DNA of 64,000 nt from the human T2T-CHM13v2.0 reference genome, Homo sapiens. The stretch is taken from the NCBI RefSeq assembly GCF_009914755.1, contig NC_060935.1; one strand, 5' to 3'. Positions 13,039 through 25,383 of the stretch are shown piece after piece. How positions within the stretch are numbered: the stretch's first letter is position 1; each line of letters begins with the position of its first letter. The notes beneath the pieces are model-generated. The model did not search any database. It saw only the letters and a list, made by a program, of their open reading frames with translations, and was not told the DNA's origin. A program made the translations under genes and the position numbers.

Positions 13039-14491
13039 CTGGGGGTGGGGGAGAGGCCGGCAGGGTTTGGGGAGGATTCTGCTTCCCCCATGTCCCCACC
13101 GCTGGCTAGCACGGGTGAGAGGCCAGAGGCGGTGGCCCAGCCCACACTCACATCCCACGGACGCTGCTCAGGCTCAGAGGGCAGGTGCCTTGACCAGGGT
13201 CTCCCAGGAGGGGAGGGGAAGGGGGAGGGCAGAGCCGAGACAGCCCTGTCTCCTGAACCTCAGAGTGGTATGCACGACACTCACTTCCCAGGCTCTCCTC
13301 GCAGCCCTGGGTCTGCTGCCTGCCCCAAGCTCCAGCTCAGCTGCCTCGCCTTCCTGGCTGCAGCTTCCCTGGCGCGTGCTGGGGTTCCTGAGCCCCCCAG
13401 ACCTCCCTGCCTTCTTGTGACACGGTAGGGCCAACTGTGGGAGGCACCGACACAAACCTGGGCTACACAGCAGATGAGGGAGGCTGTTCACATCACAAAA
13501 GAGTTTACCGCAACAATTCTTTGGAAAGTGACTCTCTAGGGTGCGGAGAATGGTGTGATTTACAAAATGAGAGAGGCAAGTTTTCAGGAGCAACGTCTGT
13601 TTGTGTAAGGCAGAATCACTAGGGACAAGAAAATTGCAGACTCCCCAGGCCCCGTCCCCAAGCAGTTTGACGATGGGGCTGGTGTGGGCCTGGGCATCAG
13701 TGCTGTGTAAAAGGCGCCTCAGATGACTGTACCGTCCATGGGGGCTGAGGACTGCTGGGAGGGAGGGCGCATGGCCTGACCCAGCAACAGACAGTCACAC
13801 AGAGGCAGGGTGAGCATCTCATCCCGTTCTGACATTGAACCACAGGAAGCAGCTGGGAGGAGGGTCTCCCAGCCACGTGTCTGAACCTGTGAGCACACCA
13901 GTAGTACCTAGGAGGTTTTAGAACCCTACCCACCCCCCAGCCGCCTGAGCCCCAGACCACTGACCACAACAGACCCAGTTAGGGGGCTGTATGGCTCAGG
14001 TACCCTGGCTCGAAAATCTCCCGTGATGACTGGATGAGGGACAGAAGTAGGACCCTGGGTACCACAGTTAAGAAAAACTGCAGGCATCTCTTCTCTCCCC
14101 AACTTCCCCTGTAGAAACCTGCTTTGTGCCCTTTCCTTCATCCTGGAGAGGCAGCCCTAGGCTCTGAAAGACTAAATAATACAGATAATAATAATGCATC
14201 AAGTGGGCTCTTACCATGACCAGCGACTCTCGCATCGCCGTCTCCTTACTGAATCCTGACAATAGCCAGGCGAGGCAGGTGTCACCACCCTCTAGCTGAA
14301 GAGACTGGTTCAGAGAGGTGAAGTCACATGGCCAAGGCTGACGGCAGTAGGAACCCTCTCTGACTCAAAATCCTGCTCTTTCCACTAAAGCAGGCCCACA
14401 CCCCAGGGCAACACTGAGGTTTCCCCTCAAGCCGGCAAAGACCCACAGACACCGTGCCAGGTGAAAAGCGTCGGAATCACCCTCATGATAG

Positions 14492-14786
<295 letters not shown>

Positions 14787-16448
14787 TCACACTCACAGCA
14801 GTAACTATCTTAGACTGGCTGGCCGCCCACCTCACCAGACCCTGCCCTGTGCCCTGTGCCTTGTCCTCACTGACCTCTTACAACATCCCAATGAGGCAAG
14901 CACTCCCGCTGGAACACGTGGAACACAGCTGGAACAGTTTCCCGGTGTTCCAACTGTGGCTGCGAGCACAGACAGGTTAGGTCACTTGCCTCAAGTCACC
15001 TGCGATTGAATGGCCAGTGGGAATGGAACCCAGTTTATCGGCCAGGAATCCTGAGTGCCCTTCCACCTGCGCCTTGCTCTTGCCCTCAGATCTACAGTCT
15101 GAGGCTTTACCCCGGTCCTGCCTAGTTGGGGGCACCGAGCTGCCTTACAGCAGAAGATGTTCCCTCCAGCCCCCACCCCTTGGCCGATCCAGACAAACCT
15201 GCAAGCGCCACCGCAGGCCCATTGAGAATGTGGCTTTCCTGCCCACAGCCTGCTTTTTCCCGACGCTCTTTTCCCTGCTCATGCCAGCCCCACACCCTTT
15301 GACCCTGTTTTTACATCTGCAGAGTGGGGACCATGAGACCTACTTTGCGGGGTCCTGGGAGAGCTAGAAGGGGTTCCTTCTAGAGTTCTGCCCCGCGACC
15401 TGACCCACTGGCAGAGGGATCGAGCACCTGGGGCATAGCATGGGTAGACAGTGCCAGCAAAGATCACTCGCCCTCCCCCTTGCTTCTGAAGTTGGGGTGG
15501 AGTTGCTGGTGACTGAAGCCCAGCTGGCCTCAGCCCCACCTGAGGTCCCTCTGGTCCCTTGGCTCCTGGCTGCCAAACAGTGTGGTCTTGGGAAGGCCTG
15601 GGCTGGCCAGGTAGGTTTCACCTGGGAAAGGGGTGGCAGCTCTATGCCCACTCCCAGCCTTCTTAAGCCACAACCCTGAGCCCTACTTACTCAGCTGGGA
15701 CAGAGCCATCTCTGTGGCAGCCAGGTTGGCCACCCCATCACAGTCAGGGAAGGTGCTTCCTGAGCGCTTGCACCAGCAGAAGTCAGCCTCGAAAAGCAGC
15801 AAGCCACCCCTATACCAGGGCAGGAGGTGCCCAGAAGCAGGTGTGGCCTCGCCTCTTCTCAGACACCTCTGCCCCTCAGCTCCTTCTTTGGCCAGCTCTG
15901 GGTGCTTAACTCTTGTCTCTTGACCCCCAGATTCCACAGCCCAGGGTCCAGAGACCAGGACAGGCTGAGGTCACAGTGGGCTGATTCTGCCCTGCTTATC
16001 TTATCATGGCTGTTAACATCAACGACCTAGCATTGGCACAGAGCTGTGCAATTAGACTCTGCCCTCCCACCTCTGAGCATCCTCCCAGCACAGGAGAGGG
16101 AGATGAGGCCTGCCCTTCCTTCCGCTGGCTGCAGCTGTCGGCCCTTCCCTGGGGGCAGCAAGGGGCAGGCAAGCTGGCTGGGAAGGGGCTGTCCCTTCTG
16201 GGAACCTGGCTGCCAGGAAGCTGTAACCAATTAAGGGGCTGTGCAGGGAGGCAGGGTGGGCTGTGGCAATGGCCCATCCAGAAGAGAAGACAGCTGGGGC
16301 CAGTCTTCCTGGGCGGGGGAAGATGGAAGGAGGGCAGTGGAGGGCCAGACACACAGGGGCCTGGTGGGCAGGGAGAAGGGGAGAGGTGGGGAGGCCCAAG
16401 GTGACCAGATCTAGGATGTGGAAAATCTGATGCTCTAATGTGGATTCA

Positions 16449-16770
<322 letters not shown>

Positions 16771-16870
16771 GCAGGCTCTTAGGCCCCACCGAAGGCCCAT
16801 TGACCAGGAATCTGCATTTTACCAAGGTTCCCGGCTGATTCCTGTGCACGTAGCAATTTGAGAAACGCCA
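16771..16870. mobile_element. MER5-like hAT DNA transposon fragment
   Basis: aatctgcattttaccaaggttcccggctgattcc...tttgagaaac resembles the MER5A terminal portion. Confidence 0.65.
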
Positions 16871-17843
16871 GGCTAGAAGGGGCAGTGGGGATGGATGGTT
16901 AGAGCTGGCTGGAACCCTACATGGCAGAAGGGTGGGGGCTCTGGTGCCAGGGCAGTAGGGGACGGCTGGGAGCTCCCAAGCCTACTTCTTTCTCTCTACA
17001 GAAGGGAGGGGTTGAATCCAAGGAGATGAAGTGTCCCAGGTCAAGTCCAGTAGGAACAGAGCAGGTGCTGGGTTCCCAGCCTCATCGCCTCTTCAAGCCT
17101 TCCTGAGACTTCTGAGCTAATCCCCAGTTTTCTCCCTCCAGGGCCTCTTTGGAAAGTACAGGTGGGGTAAGTGGCTGTGACTCACTGCTGCCCCCCTGGG
17201 GGCACCATGGGAACCACAACCTCTGTCTGGGCCAAACAACCTAGAACTAGGATCCCACAGGGTTGGTGGCATCTGGTGGGGCGTGGGTGTGGACAGGAGC
17301 CCCCATCACAGCTGTCCCCTCAGAGGAGCCGGGACCAGTGGATTCCTGCTCTCCTGTTCTCAGGGGCCACCAGCCATGGGAATGGGGCAGGTCACTGGGC
17401 TAGGCATTCTACCCCAGACCTCCAATTAAGGGGACATCACTCTCAGGAGGGGACATCTTCTGCCCTGAGTCCTCTGCCCACCAGCCTTTCCCTCTAGGAT
17501 CCTGAAAGTATCTTGCATGAGTGGGTTTTCTTTGGCCCCTTCTCAATCCACAAAGGGATCCAAGCAGGATGGGTATTCTTATTTTCACTTGTCAAAGGAA
17601 GAAACTGAGACATGGAGAAGATATTTTGGTGAAAGAGCTGGGAAGCAAACCCAGGCCTTGGACGCTCAGTCACCAAGCGCCGAGTGGCCACCATGCTGGG
17701 CCTGGCTCTCCAGGCTGCTTCTGACCCAGTTCCCTGCCTGGCCACTCCCATGCTGTTAATCATTCCCACACACATCCCTCTTCTTCCTGCCCCTGGCCTC
17801 CCAGCCCAGTTCCTTGGAGCAGCGCAGGCTCCCTCATTCTCAC

Positions 17844-17979
17844 CATGAGCATCTCGCTGGTGAGGGAGTTGACGAGGTCTGAGACGGAGGAACGTGGCTC
17901 GGTCCGGCGGTCGGACTCATCGTGGGGTGTCTGGCCTGGCACGGGGGCTGTGTTCACCGCCTTCCCTCCTGCAGGCAAC
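17844..17979 (-). CDS. SYT7: SYT7 constitutive linker exon ([16 protein letters not shown]...LTSEMLM)
   Basis: cag|G TTG ... ATG|gtgaga, 136 nt, phase 2 in and phase 0 out. Confidence 0.97.
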
Positions 17980-18564
17980 CTGAGGGCAGGGGAGTCCAAA
18001 TGAGATTGGGCTGGGAAGTGAGCTGCGTTGGGCACCCCGGCCTGGGGGGTGGCAGGACCTTCTCTGAAGACCCCAGCAGCTGCCATCCCCGGCGGGCCGG
18101 CAGGAGCGGTACTCCAGTCCACGTGGACACCTGGTTTTCCCTGGAGACCCATGCCCGGGGCCCATTCTCCTTGCAGCCTCTACCCCAGGCGACTGTGGCT
18201 TAACTACTCCTATAGGGGATATTTTGGGGGGTGTCCCCATTCTTCCTGTTCCCCAGAAACCCCCCACCCTCCAGTCATTGGCTTGCATAGTCGGTCTCTG
18301 AGGTGGCCACTGCCCCCAGTCCTCAGAGGCTTGTTCTATCCCATCCGCCCCCAGCCTGGAAGGGGGAGGCTCCACCGTGGTGTGGTGTGTCCAGGTGCCT
18401 CTCCGCGTCATTACCCTCTGCAAACACGCCCAGAATGTCTGTTTCCCAGATGCCCCACCTGTGTTTGCTTGGGCTCATCAAGAGTTCTCTTCCCACCCTC
18501 CAGACGTGAGACTGACCAGGTGAGGTCAGGACAACTCTCCACAGTGACAGAGTGTTCTGTATTT

Positions 18565-18700
18565 GTGCTGTCCAGTGGAGCAGCCACATGCCACACGTGT
18601 GCACTTGAGCATTTGCAATGTGGCCAGTGTGGCTGAGAGCTGAAATTTTAATTTTGTTGAATGTAAGCTCATTTAGTTTAATGGCCCCATATTGGATAGG
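18565..18700. mobile_element. MER3-like hAT fragment
   Basis: gtgctgtcca...agccac...ttgagcatttgcaatgtggccagtgtggctgagagctgaaattttaatttt...atattggatag. Confidence 0.65.
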
Positions 18701-19213
18701 GTGAGCCTACACCCCCTTGCTCCTCAGTTCCCATCCTTCTCCCACTTGCTGAAGACTGTGCATTTGGTAAGGCTCTCACCCAGGGTCACAGAAAGACGGG
18801 CACCACCGAGAAGCCCTGTCTGTACCTGACTCCATGCCGTTCCCAGGATGCTGGGTTCTTTGACCCAATGGCTGGGTGGTGAGCCCAGGCTCCGTTCAGC
18901 TGGGGGTCAGGAAGGGGGCACTAAAAGCCTGCCCAGGGACCAGGATGGAATGTCCCATGAGGAGGAAGAGAGGTAGGGGTAGGTAGGGAGGAGGAGACGG
19001 GGGACCAGTAGCATGAGGCTCAGGACAGGCTAAAATAGAACAGCTTTGAGAGCACACAGCCACAAACTGGGAGCCACACGCTGAGGGTGGACATGAGCCA
19101 TGGCCCTCTGGTAGAGACCAGCCTCCAGCACACAGGTGACCACGACAGGCACAGACAGACATGCATGGAATATGCCAGGCCCTGGAGGGGAGACATCAGG
19201 ATCCCAAAGCAGG

Positions 19214-19350
19214 GTGCACGTGCGCACACACACACGCACATGCATGCACACACATGTACACACGCACGCACACATGCGCATACACACACGCACACGCACG
19301 CACACACACACGCACGTGCGTGCATATGTACATACACACATGCACATGAG
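19214..19350. repeat. Degenerate (CA)n/(CG) tract; (UG)n in SYT7 pre-mRNA
   Basis: Alternating purine-pyrimidine run; a second CA run lies at ~19687-19720. Confidence 0.9.
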
Positions 19351-22300
19351 CCCCACAGACATCCAGAGGGGCAGGGAGAGGATGGCAGAGGCCACAGTCA
19401 GGCCAACCACAGCAGCAGTGACGACACACATACAGCGATGGCACGCAGGGATCCCGAGAGGAGATGCACTGGGGAGACCCAGGCATGCCACGTGTGCACG
19501 TGAAGGGAGACAAACTGAAACGGAAAGGGCAGGGAGTGGTTTCAGGGCCCAACATCCTGATTATCAGAAGCACGATACACCTGCTGTGACAACCTGGCCC
19601 TGCCTCTACGACACGGAAACGCCCACTCCACCCAGCGACACGCGGGCGCCCCTCCCAGAGGGCCATGGCACACATGGACATGTGGACACGCACGCACCAC
19701 ATACACACACACACACACGAGAGGACACGTGCTCACACGGGCAGGCAGGGGGAAGGAAAGGAGCCCGAAACAGCTGGAGAGGTAAAGTCAGGTTAGAAAC
19801 AGAGTGGAAGAGCAGGGAGAGTGTGAGATTGACTGCTGAAGATATGAGAACGTTAGAGTTATTTGGCCACGCTGCAGCGTCGGCACAGCTGCCAAGCAGC
19901 CTGGGAAAGATAGTCAGCGCCACTGAAGCTGTCGGAGGTCACAGGACAGAGAGACAGAGGTGAGAGGCACAGAGAGAGGCAGAGGGAGAGGCCGAGGGGC
20001 CCATCACCGGCCCAGGGCAGCCCTGTGAGGAGCAGATGGGAGAAAGGAGACAGAAGGAGAGAGAGGCCAAGAAAGTTAGTCAGAGACGTGCGAAGGCTGC
20101 CGGGTGGACGAGGGGACAGGGAGGAGCGTGCGGCCAACAGGAGAGGCAGAGAGGAGGCGGGGGACACACACCGTGACAGAGGAACATGGTGGCTTCAGAG
20201 TAGGGAGAGCAATGGGGGTGGCCTGGTCCCCGCCTTGCCCTGTCCCCCACTTGGGGTGGGGGTGGGCCGCGGTGGAAACCATTTGGATCCCAAAGAGCAG
20301 TGGTGAAACGATGGCAGACAGCATGAGGGGGTGGACACGAGCAGAGTGGCTGAGGGTGGAATGGGCGCAGCAGGGCGTGGAGCCAGGGCCTCCCTCCCTC
20401 CCGGGAGCGCAGTCTGAAGTGTGGTGCCGAGGCCCAGGAGCTGAAGGATCCCAGATGGGGGACTTCAGGGACACCAAGAATCGTGGGGACAGAGGCAGTG
20501 ACTGGCCCTCCCATCTCCCGCTGCTTGTTGGACACACTCCCACGCTGCTTGGAACCTGGAATGGCCACTCCTCCTCCCGGGACGCTGTCTCCCATGAGCC
20601 TGCTGCTCACAGACCAAGGGGGCTGAGTGTCCTCCCCGGTGACAGCCAAGGGCCACCACCCCTTCCTCCAGAGACATCTGGTCAAGGGGTCAGCTGGGGA
20701 GGGAAAGGTGGGGCTGGGGGCAGAAGGGCAGACCCTGGGTCTAGAAGGAAAGGCTGAAGAGGGAGGGACAGCCGCTCCAAGGCCACCACTCCAAGTTCTG
20801 AGGGTCCAGGAGCTCAGAGGGGTGGGGCCCTAAGCTGCCAGGTGCCCAGTGGGTGGTGCTGGTGCCAAGCTTTGGGAAGGGGAGAGTCTGCTGGGAAGGA
20901 AGCATTGGATTCTGGACCCCTGTGGCAGCCCACCACCCGAGAAGCACCCCAGTGGCCATGAGAAATGTTTCCAGGATGGGTGGGCATGACGAGGCGGGAA
21001 TGGCACGGTCCACTCGGAAAGTCAGGCTGGGTGGTGGCGAGGGCACGCGGCCTCCACCCCCACACCCGCCTTTCCCAGGAAGGCAGGGGACAAGCTGATG
21101 TGAAGATCAGAAGGGATGGGTGTGTTAAACATGGAGTGAGACCTAAGTGGCAAGGAGGTAAAAATAGACTGTGGGTGACAATGGAGCCGGTTCATTAACA
21201 CATGGGTGATGTGAAATCTCGTTTCCAGCCTGCTTCTGCTCCCTCATGCTTCACACCTTTCCCAGCACCAGTCTCAGCTTCTTAGTGGGCGTTCAGAGGA
21301 CGCCAGCCACCCCCTGTGTGCCTTCTCGCCCCTGGCCCCCGGCCCTCCCAGTGGCCCTCTGACTGCCCTGCAGCCCAGCCTTGAGATCCTGGCTCAGGAA
21401 GTCACAGCTCCTGTAGTGCCCAGGTGGGTCAGGGGTGGCAGACTCCGCTCCTCCAGTACCCCTGCACATGGGCTCAGCGCCTGACAGCATTTGTGCCACT
21501 CAGTGAAAGACCTGACCCCACTCTCTGGGGACTTTCAGCCTTGCCCACCACAGACCATGCAACTGTGGACTCGGGATGGGAAGAAACTGGGAGGGGTGGT
21601 CTCCAGGAGCCACCAGAGGGACAGGCAAGCCAGCCATCTTGCCTCTCAGCCTATCCATCCTCCCTAGCCCACAAGCCCAGGGCAGCAGCCTGGGACAGTC
21701 CCTTCTGGCCCCTAGGGGCCTCTCAAGAGCCTCAGGATGGCCTGTCCAAACAGTCCCTGCCCAGTTCACAGGACACATGCCCCAGCCCAAAGGCCTGTTT
21801 CCCTCATGAAAAGCTTAGCATATCCGAGCCTGAGGGGCCATTCCTTAGAGGTTAGCCTGTCCAATCCTTCACTGGACAGATAAGTGAGCAGAGAACCCAG
21901 AGAGGGGCTGTGACTTGCCCAAGGCTGCAGAATGAGGCTCTGGCAGAACCAGAGCTGGAAGGCAGATGTCTGGGCTGCCAGGCCCCATGCTCCCTTGCAG
22001 GCCTTTGGTCTGATGGGAAGCAGACCCAATCAAGGTGACAAGCCCTCCTCCCATGATTCCCAAAGGCTAATTCATCCTGGAAACCACAGGTGTGGTCAAC
22101 CCAACCTAAGGTCAGGCATCCACTGGCCCCAGCTGTGGGATGCCGCCTGAACCCTGGGACCTCCCACCCTACCCCTTGCCCATGAGCAGCGCCCCACCCC
22201 CTCCCTGAGACGGAGACAGTAGGAGATGCTTCCCTGAATTCCTGATAGCTGAGGCTGTGGCAGTTTAAGTGACCAGCCTTCTGCTTGGCCTGTGCTGTGG

Positions 22301-23000
22301 CCACACAGGCTATGCCCAGTCTCCACAGGGTCCCGAGGCCAGCCGCAGTGAAAAGGAGCCCAACAAAGCCAGGCCTCACCCTTGCTCAGGACGGCTGCCT
22401 GCACCGCTCCGGGCCCTCCCCAGCTCCCTCCTGGTGCCCGGGCTCAGGGGAGAGCCTTCTGGTTATTTCTGGTCACCAGGCCTCTCCCATGCCCCAGACC
22501 CTCCCACCATGGGCTCCTCTTCCATCAGCCAAGCAGCCCAACAGGACCTCCAGGCAAGAGGGAGGTTGAGGGGGTGGGGATGAGGGAGAACGGGCTGGCG
22601 CCCCTTCCCTTACATCCCCCCCGCCCACCAACCACCAGAGAAACAGGGATTTCCAGTTGGGGTGGGGACAGAGATGAAAGATGGAGGGGCAGCAGAGAGG
22701 AGCCAAGCAGGAAGATGGGGCAGAAAAGGCTGCGCTTGCTCCGGGCCGGGGCAAGCATGCCAGAGAGCAGGCCTGATCCAGAATGGTCCCAGGATGGCCG
22801 CAAGTGGCCTCAGACCCCAGGGACACCACCGAGGTGGCAGTGCGTGAGGGCACCGGCTGGGGAGGGGGCTTGTCCTTCCGCTCCAGCATCCGCTGAAGGC
22901 ACCACCACCTCGTCCAGCAGCCGGGGCCGGTCGAGGCAGGCAGCCTCTCCGCGCCTCCTTCTCTGCCGCCGCCGCCGCAGGCCCTCGCCTGTGCTCGTAC

Positions 23001-23123
23001 CTCTTGTCCCCCTGAGCGTTCTGGTTCTGCTGGGTTCCTGGGTTTTGCAGGTCAGGGATATTGGCAAAGTCATCCTGTTCCGAAAGCCCTAAGACCAAGG
23101 ATAGCACCACCATCCGGCCTTCC
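23001..23123 (-). CDS. SYT7: SYT7 alternative linker exon, 123 nt (EGRMVVLSLVLGLSEQDDFANIPDLQNPGTQQNQNAQGDKR)
   Basis: cag|G GAA ... AG|gtacga, symmetric phase 2-2; the four cassettes total 849 nt = 283 aa, giving a 686-aa long isoform. Confidence 0.9.
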
Positions 23124-23193
23124 CTGCCCGGGGAGGGCAGCCCACAGGCCAGGGTGAAACGAGGAGGCCCCGTGGGCGGGGGCAGGGGGGAAG

Positions 23194-23199
23194 GAGAGA

Positions 23200-23273
<74 letters not shown>

Positions 23274-23300
23274 CAGAGACAAAGAGAGAGAAGAAAAAAG
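23194..23300. repeat. (GA)n microsatellite, perfect (GA)27 at 23204-23257
   Basis: Read directly; (UC)n in the pre-mRNA. Confidence 0.97.
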
Positions 23301-25211
23301 TGTAAGAAACTGGCCCTGCAGGAAAGAAAACAAACTTCAGCAGTGTCAACAGTTGCAGGATAGAGTGGGGAGAGTGGAGGCAGGGAGGGAGGGGAGTTGA
23401 CTACGGCCTGAGACTCCACTGGTCTGAGCCAAGAGCAAGATTCTCCAGAGCTAAACTGCAAGGGGCTGGGCAGAGGCCTGCAGAGGTGGCCTGTGGCTGG
23501 GACAGTCCCAAGGGAACACGGGGGATAGGGTGGGGGGAATGGAGCACAGGCCCTGGGACCCCACAGATTTCCAACTGCTAATGCATGCCCAGCTGGACTC
23601 GCTCTGACCATCTGGGCCACTGGGAGAAGAGGGAGGGGCTCCGTCACTATCCTGCACCGGCACCGCGCAGGCTTTGAAAGTTTCGAAATCCAGTGGGCGC
23701 TGCACCCTGTCCTTATGGAAGCCCTTCATAGACAACGCTGTGTCATGGTCAACCAGATGTCCTTGAAGCCAGGTAGGGTCTAAGGAGCTACCTCCCCTTG
23801 GCTCCTGGATATACAAGCCCATCAGAGGAGAATGAAAGTCCTTTGTGGTATATGGCAACTCGGCCATAGTGGCTGTCTCCTGTGTCCTCCTTGCTGGAGA
23901 TCCAGGGAATGAGCACCACCGCTGAGTCCAGGTCAAGGGCCTTTCATTGGAGAAGAGGTCCAGAAGGCACCACAAGCCAAGGCGGCGAGAAAGTGCAGGA
24001 ACTTGGCAAGGTCTGGAGAAGTTTTGGCAGGACTGCAGGGAGCCTGTGCCTGCAGTGAGAGATCGTGCTTTGAGGGAGCACAGTCAAGGCTGAACGGGGA
24101 GGGGGTAGGCAAGAAGGCGAGACTCTCTTGGAGTGGACATGTGGGCAGCCGTATGAGGCCAGGTGTGACACCTTTAGTAGGGGGCATTCTCAGAGAACCA
24201 TCGGGCAACTTGCCAGGGTCTTTGCGAGGTTACCCGCATTTGCCAGGGGGGGAGAAGGGAGAATCATTGGCGACCCTGCTGTCCCTGAAGACCATCAGAG
24301 TCCGCGAGCGTTTTCTGGGTGCTTTGTGGAGCTTCTCCAGCGTTGGGCCTCTCATCAGAACAAAAGGAGAGGGAGGGGTTCTTGGACAGGCCAGGCAGGA
24401 AAGCTCGTCTCAAGAAGGGCCAAAGGGAAGACAGTAGGGCTGACGGAATATTCTGGAAGGGAGAGGATGCTGGGTCAGGAAGTCTACCACTTCAACCACT
24501 GTGAAGGGAGGCGAGGTTTACAGAGGAAGAGCTTGCTCTAACTTCTCAGAGCAGTTGTCAAACAGGGAACAAACAGGCGAGAAATAGCCTCTGAGGTGAG
24601 GGGCGAGGGCACGAGGGTCTTGGAAAATGGGACACTACCTCTGGGGTCTCAGTGAACGGAGGGAGCTAAGTGGCTGCTGTGCCCCTCCCTGTCTTTGCGT
24701 CTTTGGTCCTGGGCACAGTTACTCCAGGCTGACCCTTGTGCTGGGATCTAACTTTCGGGAAACAACTCTATACCCTCCCTCAGGACGAATCCTCCTTTTC
24801 TTTGTTTTCTGCCCACCGGTACTGTTTCAGAGTTGGTAAAATTCCATTTGGCTGCTCGGGAGCTAGTTGTGCTGGGGGAAGGCAAACTCAGTGAAAACAA
24901 CATGTTTTTTCCCCAGTTAATGCATTTTTCAGATATTCCTTTTTCTCTTCTTAAAACCAGAACAGCTCCTCTGCATAAATTCCCGATTCGTCACTCTCTC
25001 CAGCTCTGCAGGACGCGAGGGTTAGGATGAGGGGCACGGGCTGGAGAGTGGAGGGAGAGGCTGGCAATGTTAGGGGAGTCACGACCATCAAGCAGAGGGC
25101 TGCTGCCCTCCCTGCAAGGGGTGGGTGGGATCATGGGGCGTCGGGACAACCCTCGCCACCTGCCTCTCTACTGGAGCCACCAGCGTTTGGGCAAGTAAAG
25201 AGCCTCAGAAA

Positions 25212-25383
25212 CAGGGCAGCTAAATTGTAAAGCAAGGGGCAAATTACGGCCCACGAGCTAAGAGTGGTTTTTACATTTTTAGAGGGTTGTTTTAAAGAAA
25301 AAAAGAATATGTGATGATCACATGCCTCTTGCAAAGCCTAAATTATTATCTGGACCTTTCTAGGAAAAGTTGGCCGACCCTTG
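25212..25383. mobile_element. MER58B-like hAT fragment
   Basis: ggcccacgagctaagagtggtttttacattttta...aagcctaaa...gaaaagttggccgaccc. Confidence 0.7.

Noticed and set aside
17186-17206. CTCF-like palindromic ccccctggggg element with adjacent TGACTCA
   Set aside because: An extra G breaks the CTCF spacing, and a lone AP-1 heptamer is expected by chance.
19020-19963. Long His/Thr or Cys/Val ORFs (up to 275 aa)
   Set aside because: Translations of (CA)n/(TG)n repeats.
22610-23647. 345-aa minus ORF as a single gene
   Set aside because: Only 23001-23123 has splice support; the LSLSLS part is the (TC)n repeat.
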